Assembly (NCBI GenBank): GCA_013265495.1
Contig: MU058540.1
Coordinates: forward strand, 1,575,696 to 1,639,695
From: Vicugna vicugna
Lineage: Eukaryota
Direction of reading: 5' to 3'
Length of the DNA stretch: 64,000 bases
Positions 26,770 to 39,614 of this stretch are shown here, piece by piece (within the stretch, counting starts at the first letter, position 1; every line of letters starts with the position of its first letter). A program made the position numbers and the translations under genes. A model generated the notes under the pieces. The model searched no databases. It had not been told where the DNA came from and worked only from the letters and a program-made list of their open reading frames with translations.

Positions 26770-29700
26770 GCCTTCTGGTTCTTTACCCCTTTTCATCTGT
26801 GCTCTTTCCTGTCTTTTTACTTTCTTCCTTCTTTTCTCTTGTATTTTTCCTTTTCATTCTTATTTTTACTGGTGGCATCAAGAGAAGCTTTCCTAATAGC
26901 CTTTCATTCTCAGCCTTCTCCACCAGGATTTTCCTATTATTTTCTCTTTTTAACGTTTTTGCCAGGGTTTACCCATTTTTATATTCTACACCTCACTTTA
27001 CTACTTGCGGTGATAGCTCAACACGCAAAGATTCTGTGGTATGTGTGAAATCACAAGCAAGATGAGAATGTCCCTTTTCTCCTCTTTTTTTTTTTGTTTC
27101 ATTACATTTTGTTTTTTAATACCAGACCCAGAGTGCTGGTGTCAGTGAATGTGGGTGAATATATGAGAAGAATTTGGTCTTTATTCCAGTGCGTATAAAT
27201 GCTGAGAATCAGAGAAAGAAACATTTTCTGGGACATTCTTTATACACTTTGGTTCTGGCTTTGTATCTCTTCCTTCTTTTTTTCCAGTAACAGCATCAAT
27301 GGGATACAGACTGAGTGATTTTATATAATTTAGGGAATAGTAGTTGATCTTATGTTATTCTAAGCAATTGTGTTTGGGAAACAAGTAGAGGTATTTTCAC
27401 ATAATTGGCAATAATAGAAAATTGAGGTATAGTTTTATTATAATTATACATTAACTCAAGTAATTTGCTGAGTCCCTGCCTTGTTCTAGGTACTGTTCTA
27501 AACACTGGAGTTGAGCAGTGAACAGAACACCCTGCCTCATGGAACTAACTTTCTAGAAGACTAGAGAGGAAAGAAAACTAAAAGAAGGCAAAATGTAAAA
27601 TGCATAGTAGGCTGGTTGGTGATGAGACTGCTGATGAAAAGATTAAAGCTGAGAAGAGGGCTAGAACTGGGTCGGGGCCACAGTTGGGTGGGGCAGCCTG
27701 CGAAGGGCCTCTGGGGAGAGAGGGAGCCGTGCGGGGGCAGGGACAAGCAGAGCTACTGAGCTGCTTCCTCTGTTTGTACACAGTTATTTCTGCTGTAAGA
27801 GAGGTTTAAAATTCCATTTTACACTTGCATTGTCCTACAAATATACCTTATTACCTATATTTTATTTTGAACTTTCTTTCTCTTTCGCCACGACTGCCAC
27901 CTGCTACTTTTCTCCTCTTAATTTTTGCCCCTGATTTTTTTCTGTTAAATTGTGTTGGGTGACTTTTTAAACATGCATATATACATACCTATGTGCATAT
28001 GCGCATACGCACATACATATTTTGTAAACTGTTGAATTAGCATGAAATCAGAATTTCTAAGAATTTCTCATAGTTCATCCTTGTCCTTGTCATCCTGGGC
28101 AAGAATCATCGGGTGGGTTCTGACAGAGGGATTGGGCTCTAGGTCATTGTCTTAGAAAATACATTTCTATAAGTGCATCACAGGCTCAGAGCAGAAATAA
28201 AATCTTAAAACCAGGATTATAAAGCAAAGGGAAGGGAATTCAAAATTATTTAGACCAGAAAATGGCCAGGAGTCTGAAAACAGGAGACCCTTTGAGAGGA
28301 GGATGGCACAGTCCTCAGTGTTCGGGGAGTCAAGGCCAGTGAGTGGGTATCAGCACCATCCTCTGGAACACAGAACCGTGCTTGCTGATGCCCTTGGGAG
28401 GCACCTTAAGGGCTGGTGGCCTGATTAATCTTAAATGCTTCTTCTCAGGAACCAAGCCCACGGGCTCCAAACAGTTAATTACAGTCAGAGTGTTAGATGC
28501 TGGTGGCCTCAGATATTCTCTGACCCTTGGTGGACTTAGGGAGCTTATTAGACACCAGGTACAGAGATTGTCTTTTTGTGCATATGTGCACGCATGTATG
28601 GGTGGGGAGTGTGAGTCCTGTGTTATTTCAGATGATGAATCACTTACATCTGTCTGGTGTGTCTTGCTGGGGGCCAGCCATTCCCAGGGACTGTGGTTGC
28701 CTGGTTAGTGAATGGGTAGTGCATGCAGGCATCTAAGTCTGGTTCAAGTTGACATGCCAGACATTTTGATGTCTCTGGTCTGTCCTTGTTCCTTCCCAGT
28801 AAATCTGCTCAGGTGACCTGCTGCTGGCTGCTTTAGCTCTCATCATCTGTGGCTCACACAGAGCCCCATGAAGTAGAGCAAAAGCAGCTGACTCACAGCA
28901 TTCTCACAGGACAACTGTGTTTCTGTGTTTTTCCCTCCTTGAAATGAACAGACCCCAGAGAAGTTTGGTTTGTTCAGAGATGTGCTGTGCGGTCAGAGTG
29001 GCAGCTCAGTAATTACCTGACCAGATAGTGAGGGGCAAGCTTTTAATTATATAAGACCCTAGGAAAGCAATTAACCTGGACCTCACTTGGGCTTCCTTTG
29101 GAATTTGTGACCCTCAGTAATAACACAGAGCTCTTTTCTGGATGCCGGTGTTGTGCCAACACCCTCAAAAATGTCATTTCCTATCTCAGCTCTGCGTTTT
29201 CACGGAAGGCTGCCCTCCCTGCCTAAGATTCCTTTACTTTCCTTTGTCCTACTTTCCCCCATAGTTGTTCCTTTTCAGTGCCACCAGGTGAGTAGCCAGC
29301 AGGTAAGAGGAATGTTCATGGCCTAAAGATTCTGGGCAGGGCCAAGATGCTGAGCACTCTTTCCCAGGCATCCTGTCCTGTCTTACTTGTGAGCTCTAAT
29401 AACCCAGTCTCCAGTGCCACAGGACCCACCTGTCCATAACTCAAAGCAGCCTGTTTATTTATTTGGACAGGTGGAAAACTGCCTACGTTCACTAGGGGCC
29501 TACAAATGACAATTTGTCTGGCAGTCTGTTCTTCCCTGTCCTGATTTAAACAACCAGGAAGCCATTGTAAACTCAGTTGAAATGGTATGGTTTGTATAAA
29601 TGTTCCAGTTCCTTTCTGCTCTAGAGCTAGCTATTTTCAACAGAACCTCCCCCAAAACCATGGGAGTGCCTTGTGTGTTATGCAGTTGGGCACACCGGCC

Positions 29701-30039
29701 TGGGTTTTGCTGCTGGGGAAATAGCTTCCCTTCCAGACACCTGGAAGGTGAATGATCCTGGAGAAGTTTATCTTCAGGGGCTAGCCCAGCCCTCTGTGCT
29801 GGCCCATAAAACCGGAGAGAATATCGTGGAACTTGGGGTGCAGTGGCAGAGGAGTGCACTGCAAGGGTGGGAACAGCCAAGCCCCAAGGTCCTGAGCTGC
29901 TCTGGGCCCTTGGAGGGAATATTTGAATTAACCTCCACGTCCAACTGTGGGTAGAAGTCTAGGCCAGAAGTCTGGAAATGGAATTTTTGTACCTTGGGAA
30001 TTTTTTGAAAAGTTATAGTACCTGAATACGGCTGGCATT

Positions 30040-31040
30040 TAAAAGGTACTGAAGAGTACATGATTTTTAAAGAGTCTCCCTCCCTCTCTGGTCCCCAGGC
30101 ACCCAGTTCCTATACCAAGTTTTTCGAGTATCCCTTCTGAAATAGTCTGTGCATCTGTAAGCATTTCAGACACGTTGGGTATTTTTTCTTCTTGTTAACA
30201 TAAATGGTGCCATGTTATGCATACTGCTCTGAGTCTCACTTTTTTCATGTAATAATATTTTTTGGAAAATCATTCCAGTTACATATGAAATGTTTCCTTT
30301 TCATTTTTATACCTCATAGCATCCATGTTATCATTTATCATAAAGTTTCCTATAGATGCACATTCTGGATGTAACCAAGTTTTTACTAATTAAAAGTAAT
30401 ACTGCAGTGCATTTCCTTATACAAAATTATTTTAAGATAAATTTCCAGAAGGTGAACAGGTATTTTTAAGAGCTTATGCATGTTAAATTTACCCTCATCT
30501 ACACAGAGCCTGTTTCTCTACACCTTACCAGTCTGGGGGTTGTCAGCTTTTTTTATCTTTTTGGTTAGCAGATTGGTATTGTTATTTTAGTATAGTTTTA
30601 AAGTGAGTGTCTTTTATTAAGAGTGAGGTAGTATCTTTTCAGAAACACTTTTCTGGATTCTGCTTGTTCCTTTTCTTTTTTTAATTGTTGAATTGATCTC
30701 TTTTCATTTGTAGAAGCTCTTTATGTTTGAAGAAATTGACTGTGATATGAGTTGTTTGGCTTTGTTTATGGTATTTAGTATTTTATTTTTTAACATGCAG
30801 AAATTATAAATTTTTATATAGCTGAATCTTTCAGTTTTTTCTTCAATGACTTTTTTTTAAACTAAGGCTTTATGTCCTAGTTAAAAGTACTTTCCTTACG
30901 ATAAGAATACCCCCCCAAAAAAAAGATTTTTGAATTTTCTTCTTGTACTTTTATAGTTTCAGTTTTTATTTCACTTAATTTTTTTTTCACTTAAAAATCT
31001 TTATTTTTTCTGGAATTGTTTTTAAGTTTGTTTTTATACA
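30040..31040 (-). mobile_element. Old L1 (L1ME-like) fragment
   Basis: T-rich antisense L1 3' motifs (taacataaatggtgccatgttatgcatactgctc; tatatagctgaatctttcagttttttcttc). Confidence 0.6.
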
Positions 31041-31074
31041 AGGAATGATGAACATTCAGTTGACTTTTTCCCAA

Positions 31075-32284
31075 CTTTGTTGAGGTAAGATAGAATTGTA
31101 GGATCCTTAAGGTATACAATGTGATGATTTAATATGCATACACAATCTGAAAGTACTCCCCCCATTGTGTTAATACATCCCTCACCCTACATATTTACCT
31201 TTTTGTGTGCATGTGAGAGAATGTTTATGTTCTACTCTGTTAGCAAATTTCAATTATATAGTGCAGTGTTAATAGCTGTAATCATTATGGCATACATTAG
31301 GTCCTCTATTCATCTTATAACTGAAAGTTTATACCCTTTTATCAGCTTTTCCTATTTCCCCTGGTTCTGTGAGGGTTTTTTTGTTTTTGTTTTTGTTTTT
31401 TAAGTTTCCACACATAAGTGATGCCTTGAGTCATTTGTCTTTCTTTTTCTTGGCTTATTTCACTTAGCAAAATACCTTCCAGGTTCATCCATGTTGTATG
31501 ACATGATAGGATTTCCTTCTTTTTTAAGGCTGAATAATATTAAATTGTATAATATTTTAATTCACAATATTATGATCTGTTTTTATAAAATGAAAAAGTA
31601 ATGTTCCACATTTTCTTTATTTGTTCTATCAGCGGGCTTGGGTTGTTTCTATACATTGGCTATTGTCAATAATGCTGCCAAGAACATGGGAATACAGATA
31701 TCTCTTTGAGATAATGATTTTACTTCCTTTGTATATTTACCCAGAAGTGAGACTGCTGAATCTTATAGTAGTTCTGTTTCCCATAGTGGCTGTACTAGCT
31801 CACATTCCCACCAACGGTGTACAAGGGTTTGTACACTATTTTCTCCACATCCTCACCAACACTTTTGTCTTTTTGATAACAGCCATTCTGATAGATGTGA
31901 GGAGATATCTCACTGTGGTTCTGATTTGCATTTTCCTAATGCTTAATGATGTTGAGCACCTTTTCATGTAACCGTTGGTCATTTGTATGTATTCTTTGGA
32001 AAAATGTCTGTCTATGTCTTTTGCACATTTTTAAATTGAGTTATTTGAGGCTTTTTGCTATTGAGTTGAATGAGTTCTTTGTATATTTTAGATATTAGCC
32101 CCTTATTAGCTATGTTGTTTGCAAATATTTTTTCCCATTCCATTAGTTACCTTTTCATTTTGTTACTGATTGATTTCCTTTACTGTGCAGAAGCTTTTTA
32201 GTTCGATATAATCCCACTTGTTTGTTTTTGCTTTTGTTGCCTTTGCTTTTGGCGTCAAATCCAAAAAATCGTTGCCAAGACCAA
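31075..32284 (-). mobile_element. L1 (L1MA-like) 3' end including an ORF2 C-terminal remnant
   Basis: Minus-strand ORF 32163..32456 contains [36 protein letters not shown], a recognisable L1 ORF2 segment. The antisense L1 3' UTR runs to ~31075. Confidence 0.9.
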
Positions 32285-33789
32285 ACATCCTGTTGGTTTT
32301 TATGACAACTATTTGATCTTGCCCACTATTTGATTTAGGTTTCCAAGTGAAGAAATTAAAGTTTGAGAGCTGAAATGACTTGCCTAAGATGTTGAAGTTG
32401 TTAAATGAGGGAAGCCAGTTGGAGCTTCTAAGCCTTGATGAGATTGTTGTTAGCATATAGGTGAGCTGAATTTTTGTTTTGACATTAATTAGCAGTTACT
32501 CTTCAGTTCCTCTCATTTAAACCCAAATTATTGCAGCACTATTTTACTTTTCTCCCCAACTCCAGAAAAAAAATTTAGTCTAGATTGTATAAAGGAAAGT
32601 AGTTTGAAAGAGAGAACTCCTGGGGAAAAGCATAGATTTTCCTTTTCACTATTAAGGTTCAAAGCACTTCTTCCCTTTACTGATGTCTGGGATGGAAGAC
32701 TGTTAGGTGTTTCTTTTGTGACTTACAGAGTGATATGGTGATTTCTAGCGAATTCTCAAATCAAGAAATTGGAAGAAACCTGAGTTACAGTGTTGTCCAG
32801 CTGCCTTATGAACAAAGTCATTTCCATGGCCCCTGAAGTGATCTTCAGGCCTTTGCTTGGAATCCCCAGGTGACCCCCTTTTGCCATCCGCCATTACTTG
32901 TGTGAAACTGTGGACACTCCTTTCTCATTCCCAGCTAAAATCTGACTGCCACCCCATCAGTTCTGGTTCTACCTTGTGGATCACGCACACTGTCCTGCTT
33001 AACAGCTCTGCAGATATTTGATGCTGCAATTATGTCATCCCACCTTCAAAGCTTCTCATTTCCTTGCCAGGTACCTCAGTTCCTTCTCCCTCTCCTCAGA
33101 TGTCTTGTTCTCAGACTGCTTCTGTCCTGGCTGTTCTCTGAAGGCGTCCAGGTCATCAGGTCCTCCTGAAGTTGTATGACATCATTAAAGGTTGTGTTAA
33201 CTGTTTTTGATGAGCTTTTATTTGTCACATGCCATCTGGTAATGCTTTGTCAGGGAGTTTGATGTGCTTCCTGCTCTCCTGAAAAATTAAGGGGATCAGT
33301 TTGTCAGTGAGCCCAAACCAAGGACGGTATGCATGACTCTTCCAGAGCCCCCATGTCCCCCTCAGGAGGCCATACAGAAAGCTGCTCTGGGGAGTGACTG
33401 AGAGCTGCTTGTTGCCTTGTGGAGCTTCTGCCTGTGCTTCCTGCCTGGGACATAGGGCTCAACTTTGTCCCTGTTGTGCTTTTTGGCCAAATCAATGTAG
33501 GTCTTCCCTGTACCCCATCAAGGAACAGTGACTCTGCCTACTCTCTGCCTAACGGCAGAGTCATCCTGCCTAGTCCTTGTCTCAGACCATCTCAGGCATT
33601 GTTTCGCAGCTACAGGACTCACCACAACCTTAATTTGTAGATTAAGATGCTTTTGTACCAGTTTTTCTGTTTAACTCAATAGGATAGAGGAGAACTGGGA
33701 AAACTTGTGTATAAATGACTGCCAGGCTTGGCCCCCTAAACAGTGTCCCAAGCCCTCATGTACCCTTGACTCTGAACTCTTCCTCTTCT

Positions 33790-34390
33790 CCCCATCCTGT
33801 GTCAGTCACTAAGGTGTCCTCCCAGAATCTCTCCCCTTCCTCTCTGTTCCCACCTGCCTTCCTGGTATCACCGCACCAGCCACCTTCTCAGTATTCTGCC
33901 CACCTCTAGACTTTGCCTCTAGTCCATCTTACGTGTGGTTGCCCTGTCACTTTCCTGAATATTTTGTATTATCTCCCCTGACTGGAAACCTTCCTTGGTG
34001 CCCTACTGCTTTAGTACAAAGTCCAAATTCCTCAGCCTGGATTCATGGTTCTCCAGGGAATGACCCTGTTCCAGCTTCTGTACTTGGCTTTCTCTCTTAT
34101 CTTCTCCTCTGTTTTTCTGGTTCCAGTCAATTCCTTTACCCACTGTTTTCCTCTACACTTTGGCTTATGCCTTTTCCCCTACTGGAATGGCTGTCTCCAT
34201 TTCTTCTTGAAATGCCACCCTTCTTTAACGGCTTGCTCACTCATTCATCCAACACATTCATTGAGAGCCTACATGTGCTCATTGTTCTAGGTGCTGGGCA
34301 GACAGAAGTGAAATAGTAAACAAAATAGACACTTAACGCAGCTTCTGAGAGACTTGCAGACAAAAGAGAGAGACATATTAAACAAATACA

Positions 34391-34426
<36 letters not shown>

Positions 34427-34480
34427 GTCCCAAATAAAGTTAAGTGCTCTTGAAGAAAAAGAATAAAGTGCTGTGAGAGA
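33790..34480. mobile_element. Two L2 fragments in opposite orientation
   Basis: Pyrimidine-rich sense L2 (aaaccttccttggtgccctactgcttagtacaaagtccaaattcctcagcctgg) is followed by an antisense L2 3' end (cactcattcatccaacacattcattgagagcctac...ttctaggtgctggg) containing an (AT)n run at ~34404-34426. Confidence 0.6.
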
Positions 34481-36211
34481 TGGGAGGTAGAGAGGCTCAG
34501 GTCAGATTGAAGGAGTTAGCCTGGCAAAGAGTGGTGAGGACCGGGGGCCCCGTTCCGGGGACCAGTCTCTGGCTCGAAACCTGCCCTCTCGCAGCCTGCA
34601 GTTGCAGAGGCCTTTCCCCTGGTGGTTCTCTCCTCAGGCACTGATTTGGCACTTTGGGCATTGCTGATCTTGTTTTTTGTGCACGGCCTGTCTCCCTAAC
34701 CAGATTAGAGACATTTCCAGGACAGTAATCACAGTTCATTTTTACAAGCCCATAAGCTCCCCAGCCCAAAAGGGGCACTTAGAAATATGTAGGAAGGATG
34801 TCAGAGATCCTGAGTCCTTAAAATGTCGTGGTCACTCCAAAGGGCTCAGGGTTTGCATTGTTCAGGACCTTGCCATGCTTGGGCCCAGGTATCTTTCTTT
34901 TTCTTCTGGAGGGAGAGAATAATTAAGTCCTTCTCCAGCTCACCCTTCCATTTTGCATTTTATTTTCTTTTTCATTCCCTAGTAATGTAATAGCTCCTTT
35001 ATACCGCAACTAAGAAATTCTACAGAATATCCAGAATCATTTGCTTCACAGATGGGAGCAGAGAAATTTATGGATTTCAGGAGAGGTTTATTGCCAGTAT
35101 TTTATGGATTTCTCACATAATTTGATAGATTAGCCCCCCCCCTTCCATTTTTTAAGTTGAAAATGTTTTGCTAAAACATTCTTATTTGGAAAGAGGATAT
35201 TGAGTTTTACATCTAAATGCCAATATAAGTTTTAAGCTAACTATCTATTGCCCACCCCTTCCCCCCATACATAAAATAGTTAACATTTGTAAAGAATGTT
35301 GGAGATAAAAGCCACCTTGCAGGTGTTGCAGTGGGTATTATAGCTCTTTTTGTTTTCAAGTATTATACATTTAAGTCAAGAACAGAAATAGGTTTGGCCA
35401 GTCTTTGGCCTCTAATCTTTTAAATTAGATTGAGAGGAGAAAAGAACAAACATCGGTAAATTTCAATTAAAATATCAGCTCCTGCCCAGGTAGCTCCATC
35501 TGTCCCTGTGGGTCTCCAGAAGGACTCCGCAGTAGAGTGACTGCATAACTCACTGAATCCTCAGCTGGGTCCATGTGTTTAAAGCCATTTACAGGCTTTA
35601 TGGGCACTTACCTGATAGAGCAGAAGAGTTAACATCTCTGACATATATGGTACTGGTGGAATTGATTAGTCTAAAAAGGAAATTTCCAAAAGCCCATTTT
35701 TTAAAAATCAGAAATACTGCTGCTGGTCCAGAATGAAGGTTCTTGATGCATCTCCCTGTTGGGGCATTAAGTCAGAGTTCTGGCCATGCTCCAGTTCAGA
35801 TAATGCTGTTTCTCTGGGCTAAATCCCTCCTGAAGGTTCAATTAGATTCAGCCTTTTTTCATCCTGGGCAACCATTTGAGAACTGCCAGTTTCTAAGGCC
35901 AGAGCTTAGTGATGGATGCATTTGTTTCACTGCTGACAAAGATTTCAGTGTAAAATCTCCCAGACCCTTGAGGATGGAAAGAGAGACTAATCTCAGTGAA
36001 GAACGAGGCTGCTGGTCCTCATGCGGAGATGCAGTAACTTGCTCTGGAAGGGGTTCACTTGCCCCAATAGACCTGAGCAGACGGCACATTGCATCTTGTT
36101 CCAGCCCCACTTCTGAGAGAGAACTGCCCTAAGTGCTTTATTTGAAGTTATCAGTGGAGGGAGCACCCAGAGTTCCTTTGGGCAGTCTTTCCACAAGGGA
36201 ACATTTACTGG

Positions 36212-37196
36212 TGATGCAGGAAAACAGATGTGGGGTGTGAGAAGGGCCATGTCCCAGGCTTCGCTTGAGCCCCTGGGATTTGCCCCACCAAGTGTGGGTC
36301 CTTGGCTTCGCACAGGAAGGAATTCAAGATCAATAGAGGAGAGAATGAGAAAAGATCCAGAGGAGAAAAGCCTTGGGCTTGGTGGGCTCCTTCATGGCTA
36401 GAGAGCTGGTCTCTGCTAGATCCTGCAAACAGTGTCCGCTGCCACCTAAGGGCTACTTGAATCTGCATGGCTCGGGAGAAACCCCCTGCCACCCTCCGAA
36501 GAGAGGGGAGCCATAACCCAATAGGCGGATTGAGATTATGCCCTTTGAGCCCTGTTTCTTTATGTAAATGCCCCACACTGGGCACCAGAGATATGATGCA
36601 GGAAAACAGATGTGGCACGTGAGAAGGGCCGTGTGCCAGGCTTCGGTTGAGCCCCTGGAACGTGCCCCGCCAAGCGTGGGTCCTTGGCTTCGCGCAGGAA
36701 AGAATTCAAGAGCGAGCCACGGTTCAGTAAAGGTAGACTTATTCACGGAGATACATTGAAAGGCAAGAGAAAGGCCACGAGATGTGGGGGTTGGGTGCTC
36801 AGATTAAAAGTAGGTACACATTCTATAGACAGAATGTGGGCCAGAGATGGCCGAGGTGCTGGTTTTTATGGGCTTGGTGGCTTCATATGCTAATAAGTGG
36901 AAGGACCAGTCTGAGTAGCCTGTGGAAGGGGTTGGGATTCCCAGGAAGTTGGCCATTTCCCACTCTTCGACCTTTTGTGGCTAGCCTTGGGACTGCCATG
37001 GTGCCTGTGGGTGTGTTATTCACCGTGTTAATATATTACAGTGAGCGTATAATGATGCTCAGGATCTACTAGAAGTTAAAGCTCTCATCATCCTGAGCCT
37101 CAAGGCTTACTGGGGACTGAATCTTTCACCATTTTGATGTTAATTGCTGTAGCATTCCTTGAATGGCTGTGCCCTGCCCCCTTCCATCCTGTCTCA
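36212..37196 (-). mobile_element. Internally deleted ERV provirus: full 5' LTR (36594-37196), tRNA-Lys PBS (36570-36587), ~260 bp leader, terminal 118 bp of 3' LTR (36212-36329)
   Basis: 118-bp direct repeat (36212-36329 vs 36594-36711, 13 mismatches) and TG...CA termini. Minus-strand PBS TGGTGCCCAGTGTGGGGC matches 15/18 to tRNA-Lys1,2 TGGCGCCCAACGTGGGGC. 4-bp TSD ctgg/ctag. Confidence 0.85.
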
Positions 37197-39431
37197 CTAG
37201 GTCTCAACCTGGCTTGTGAAAATTGCTGCATTTGGGGAGCATTGTTTTCCCCCACCAAGTTTGTGACTATGCCCTTGATTTAGTTTTGACAATGCTTCTT
37301 ACTTGTATTAATTAAAATACATTTCCAAGGCTTTGTATGCTTAACATTACTTGGGCCAGTATCATTGTATCATTTGCTCAGTTTTATGTAATACGGTAGT
37401 TGTGTCTGTATTTTCTCAGCTTTGAGCTGGAAAAGGAAATGCAGCATCGTAAGTCTGAGGCGAGCTTGGTTAGAGGCAGTCAGATCTACAAAGGCGAGGG
37501 CTCTGTGTCCAAGGAAAGGAAGCCTGAGCTGAGAGTATGATGCCTGTGAAATCACAGCAGGGCTAAATAGGTTGAGCACAGCCTCGTTCCTAAATCCCAG
37601 CATAATGAGATAAAACAGAGGCAGAAACTTGGTGGTGGTATATTAGAATGGATCGAGAAGACAGCTCGCTTTACATGGGTGACAGTAAGCCTGTGGGACT
37701 CATTACCCTGTGAGTAGGTGGCAAACGTTGGCTTAGAAACCATCTCGCTATGAGTAACAGGCGGAAAGGCACTGCTGGCCTCCCCGGAGCCCTTTCTCGG
37801 CCGCACTGCCACTGGCTGTCCAGGCGGGCTGAACGTCCACTTAGTCAGCAGGTATTCACTAGGTGCCAGCCCCGTGCCAGGCACTGTGCCAGGGGCTGCG
37901 TGCAGGGGTGCAGGTAAAGGACGTAGTTCCTTCTCCTAGGGAGCTTCTGGGAAGGAGGTCTGTGGCTCTGCCTTCTGTATTAAGGAGAGGTTCAGGGCGG
38001 CAGTCTGACTGAAGGTAGGGGCTTGTCTTAATGATATGCTTCACTATTTTACTTAAGTTTTATGTGTTAATTTAACAAAAATAGCCTTCTCAATATGCTT
38101 TTATTTATATCTTATGTGAGACTAAGAAAACGTTAGTTGTTTATATATAAAAGAATTTTCTGTTTCTTTTGGTTGGCTTGGCAGGGGGTACATGTGCCCC
38201 AGGCCCATGGTCCCCTCCTTGATACTGCCATTTTAACCTTAATGCCACATTTCCTATGAGTCTTGGGGTAGCTGTTTGTTTTAACTGAGTTCCTTTCTTC
38301 CTCAAGGCCGGCCGCATACTGATTGGATGTTGCCAATCTGAGTTGGTCAGAAATCAGACAGCCTCACTTTCTTCAGTTCCATGGTTGACTTGTTGGTGAT
38401 TCTGAGCAAGTTGTGGTTATCTCTGGGTATCAGTTTCTCTATCTGTAAAATAGAATAAAACAAGAGTGTTTCCTGCAGGTTCTCCATGGAATCTGGAAGG
38501 TCAGTGCTTTACTGGGGACACATCAGGAGATTGGTGCAGAAGCCAGGCCTCTCAGAACTACAGAGTGGTGTCATCAGCGGCTGCCCTTCACAGGTGGCTG
38601 CCCCGCCTCTCCGCTGGCATCCTGCTTTGCATTCAGAACAGGAAAGCTGTTAGCACAGGGCTCATTTAAAACCTCAGTTGAGGAGGTTATCATAGCATCC
38701 TTAATTCCAGCGAGCGGCTCCAGTTTTCCCTTCAGCAGTTGGAGTGATTATATGTCATAATATTATCAGGGGAGTACCAATTATGAACATGGATTTCATG
38801 CTGGGTGCTTTTAAATTCATTGGTTGATATTGGGCATAGTACTGACCTACCTTGGCAGCACCTTTAATTGGGGCGTTCGTTGAATCAAATTGCACTGACC
38901 AGGGCCAGGACTGCTGCCAGGGCTTCACCTGCCCTGTCACAGTCGGCCTGTTGAAACAGCTGGGATCTTACCAACATTTCTTATCATGCTGCTCACACAG
39001 CCAGGCAGAATATTTTTGTTTTGAGCCACATACTGGTTTGATTCATTGGCAAATGTCAGAGCTGGAAGGTTCCCAAAATGTGAGTTATCTCCTTTACAGG
39101 TTATAAAGGTTGTGACCTACCCAGAGTCTCACCAGACCTTTGACAGTGCCCAAACCTCTGTTGCCTAGCAACATCCTTGGCACAGAGTGGGCACTCACTC
39201 TGACTGAACAAAGGAGCAAACCCAGATCTCCTGGGATTCATTTGAGTAACAGAGTTAATTTTATCTCTTGGTTGAAACTGTCAGCATACTGAATTGGATT
39301 TTGGTTCAGTGACAGTATTAGAAGATTCCACCTGTTTTCTTGATGCAGAGTGTCAACCTTTCATGTTGCAAATGCCAGCTGGAAAGTTTGACCTTGTAGT
39401 TGGTTCTTTCCCAGATTATGGCACTTTAAAA

Positions 39432-39614
39432 TGGTGGTTCTCAAAGTGTGATTACAGAACAGCAGCATCAGCTTCACCTGAAAACTTTCTAGAATGCATA
39501 TTCCTCGCTTCTCCCCAGACTTACTGAATTAGACGCTTCAGGGGGAGCCCAGCAGCCAAGGTTGTAACTTGCTGTCTGGGTGATTCCATGCACACTGAAG
39601 CTTGACAGCCTCTG
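39432..39614. mobile_element. MER5A (hAT-Charlie) DNA transposon
   Basis: tggtggttctcaaagtgtg...cagcagcatcagc...ccagacttactgaat...ggtgattccatgcacactgaagcttga...ctctg. 8-bp TSD ctttaaaa (39424-39431) and ctttaaga (39615-39622). Confidence 0.85.

Noticed and set aside
26470..27065. 192-aa and 121-aa Phe/Leu-rich 'membrane protein' ORFs
   Set aside because: Artefact of T/C-rich low-complexity sequence that lacks stop codons. No recognisable domain or splice structure.
31621..32456. ORFs 31621..31971 and 32163..32456 as genes
   Set aside because: Both lie in or overlap a decayed L1 (an antisense frame and an ORF2 remnant).
36205..36746. Duplicated peptides in overlapping ORFs (RSQGPTLGGA..., EAKDPHLVG...)
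   Set aside because: Explained by the 118-bp LTR direct repeat, not by coding duplication.
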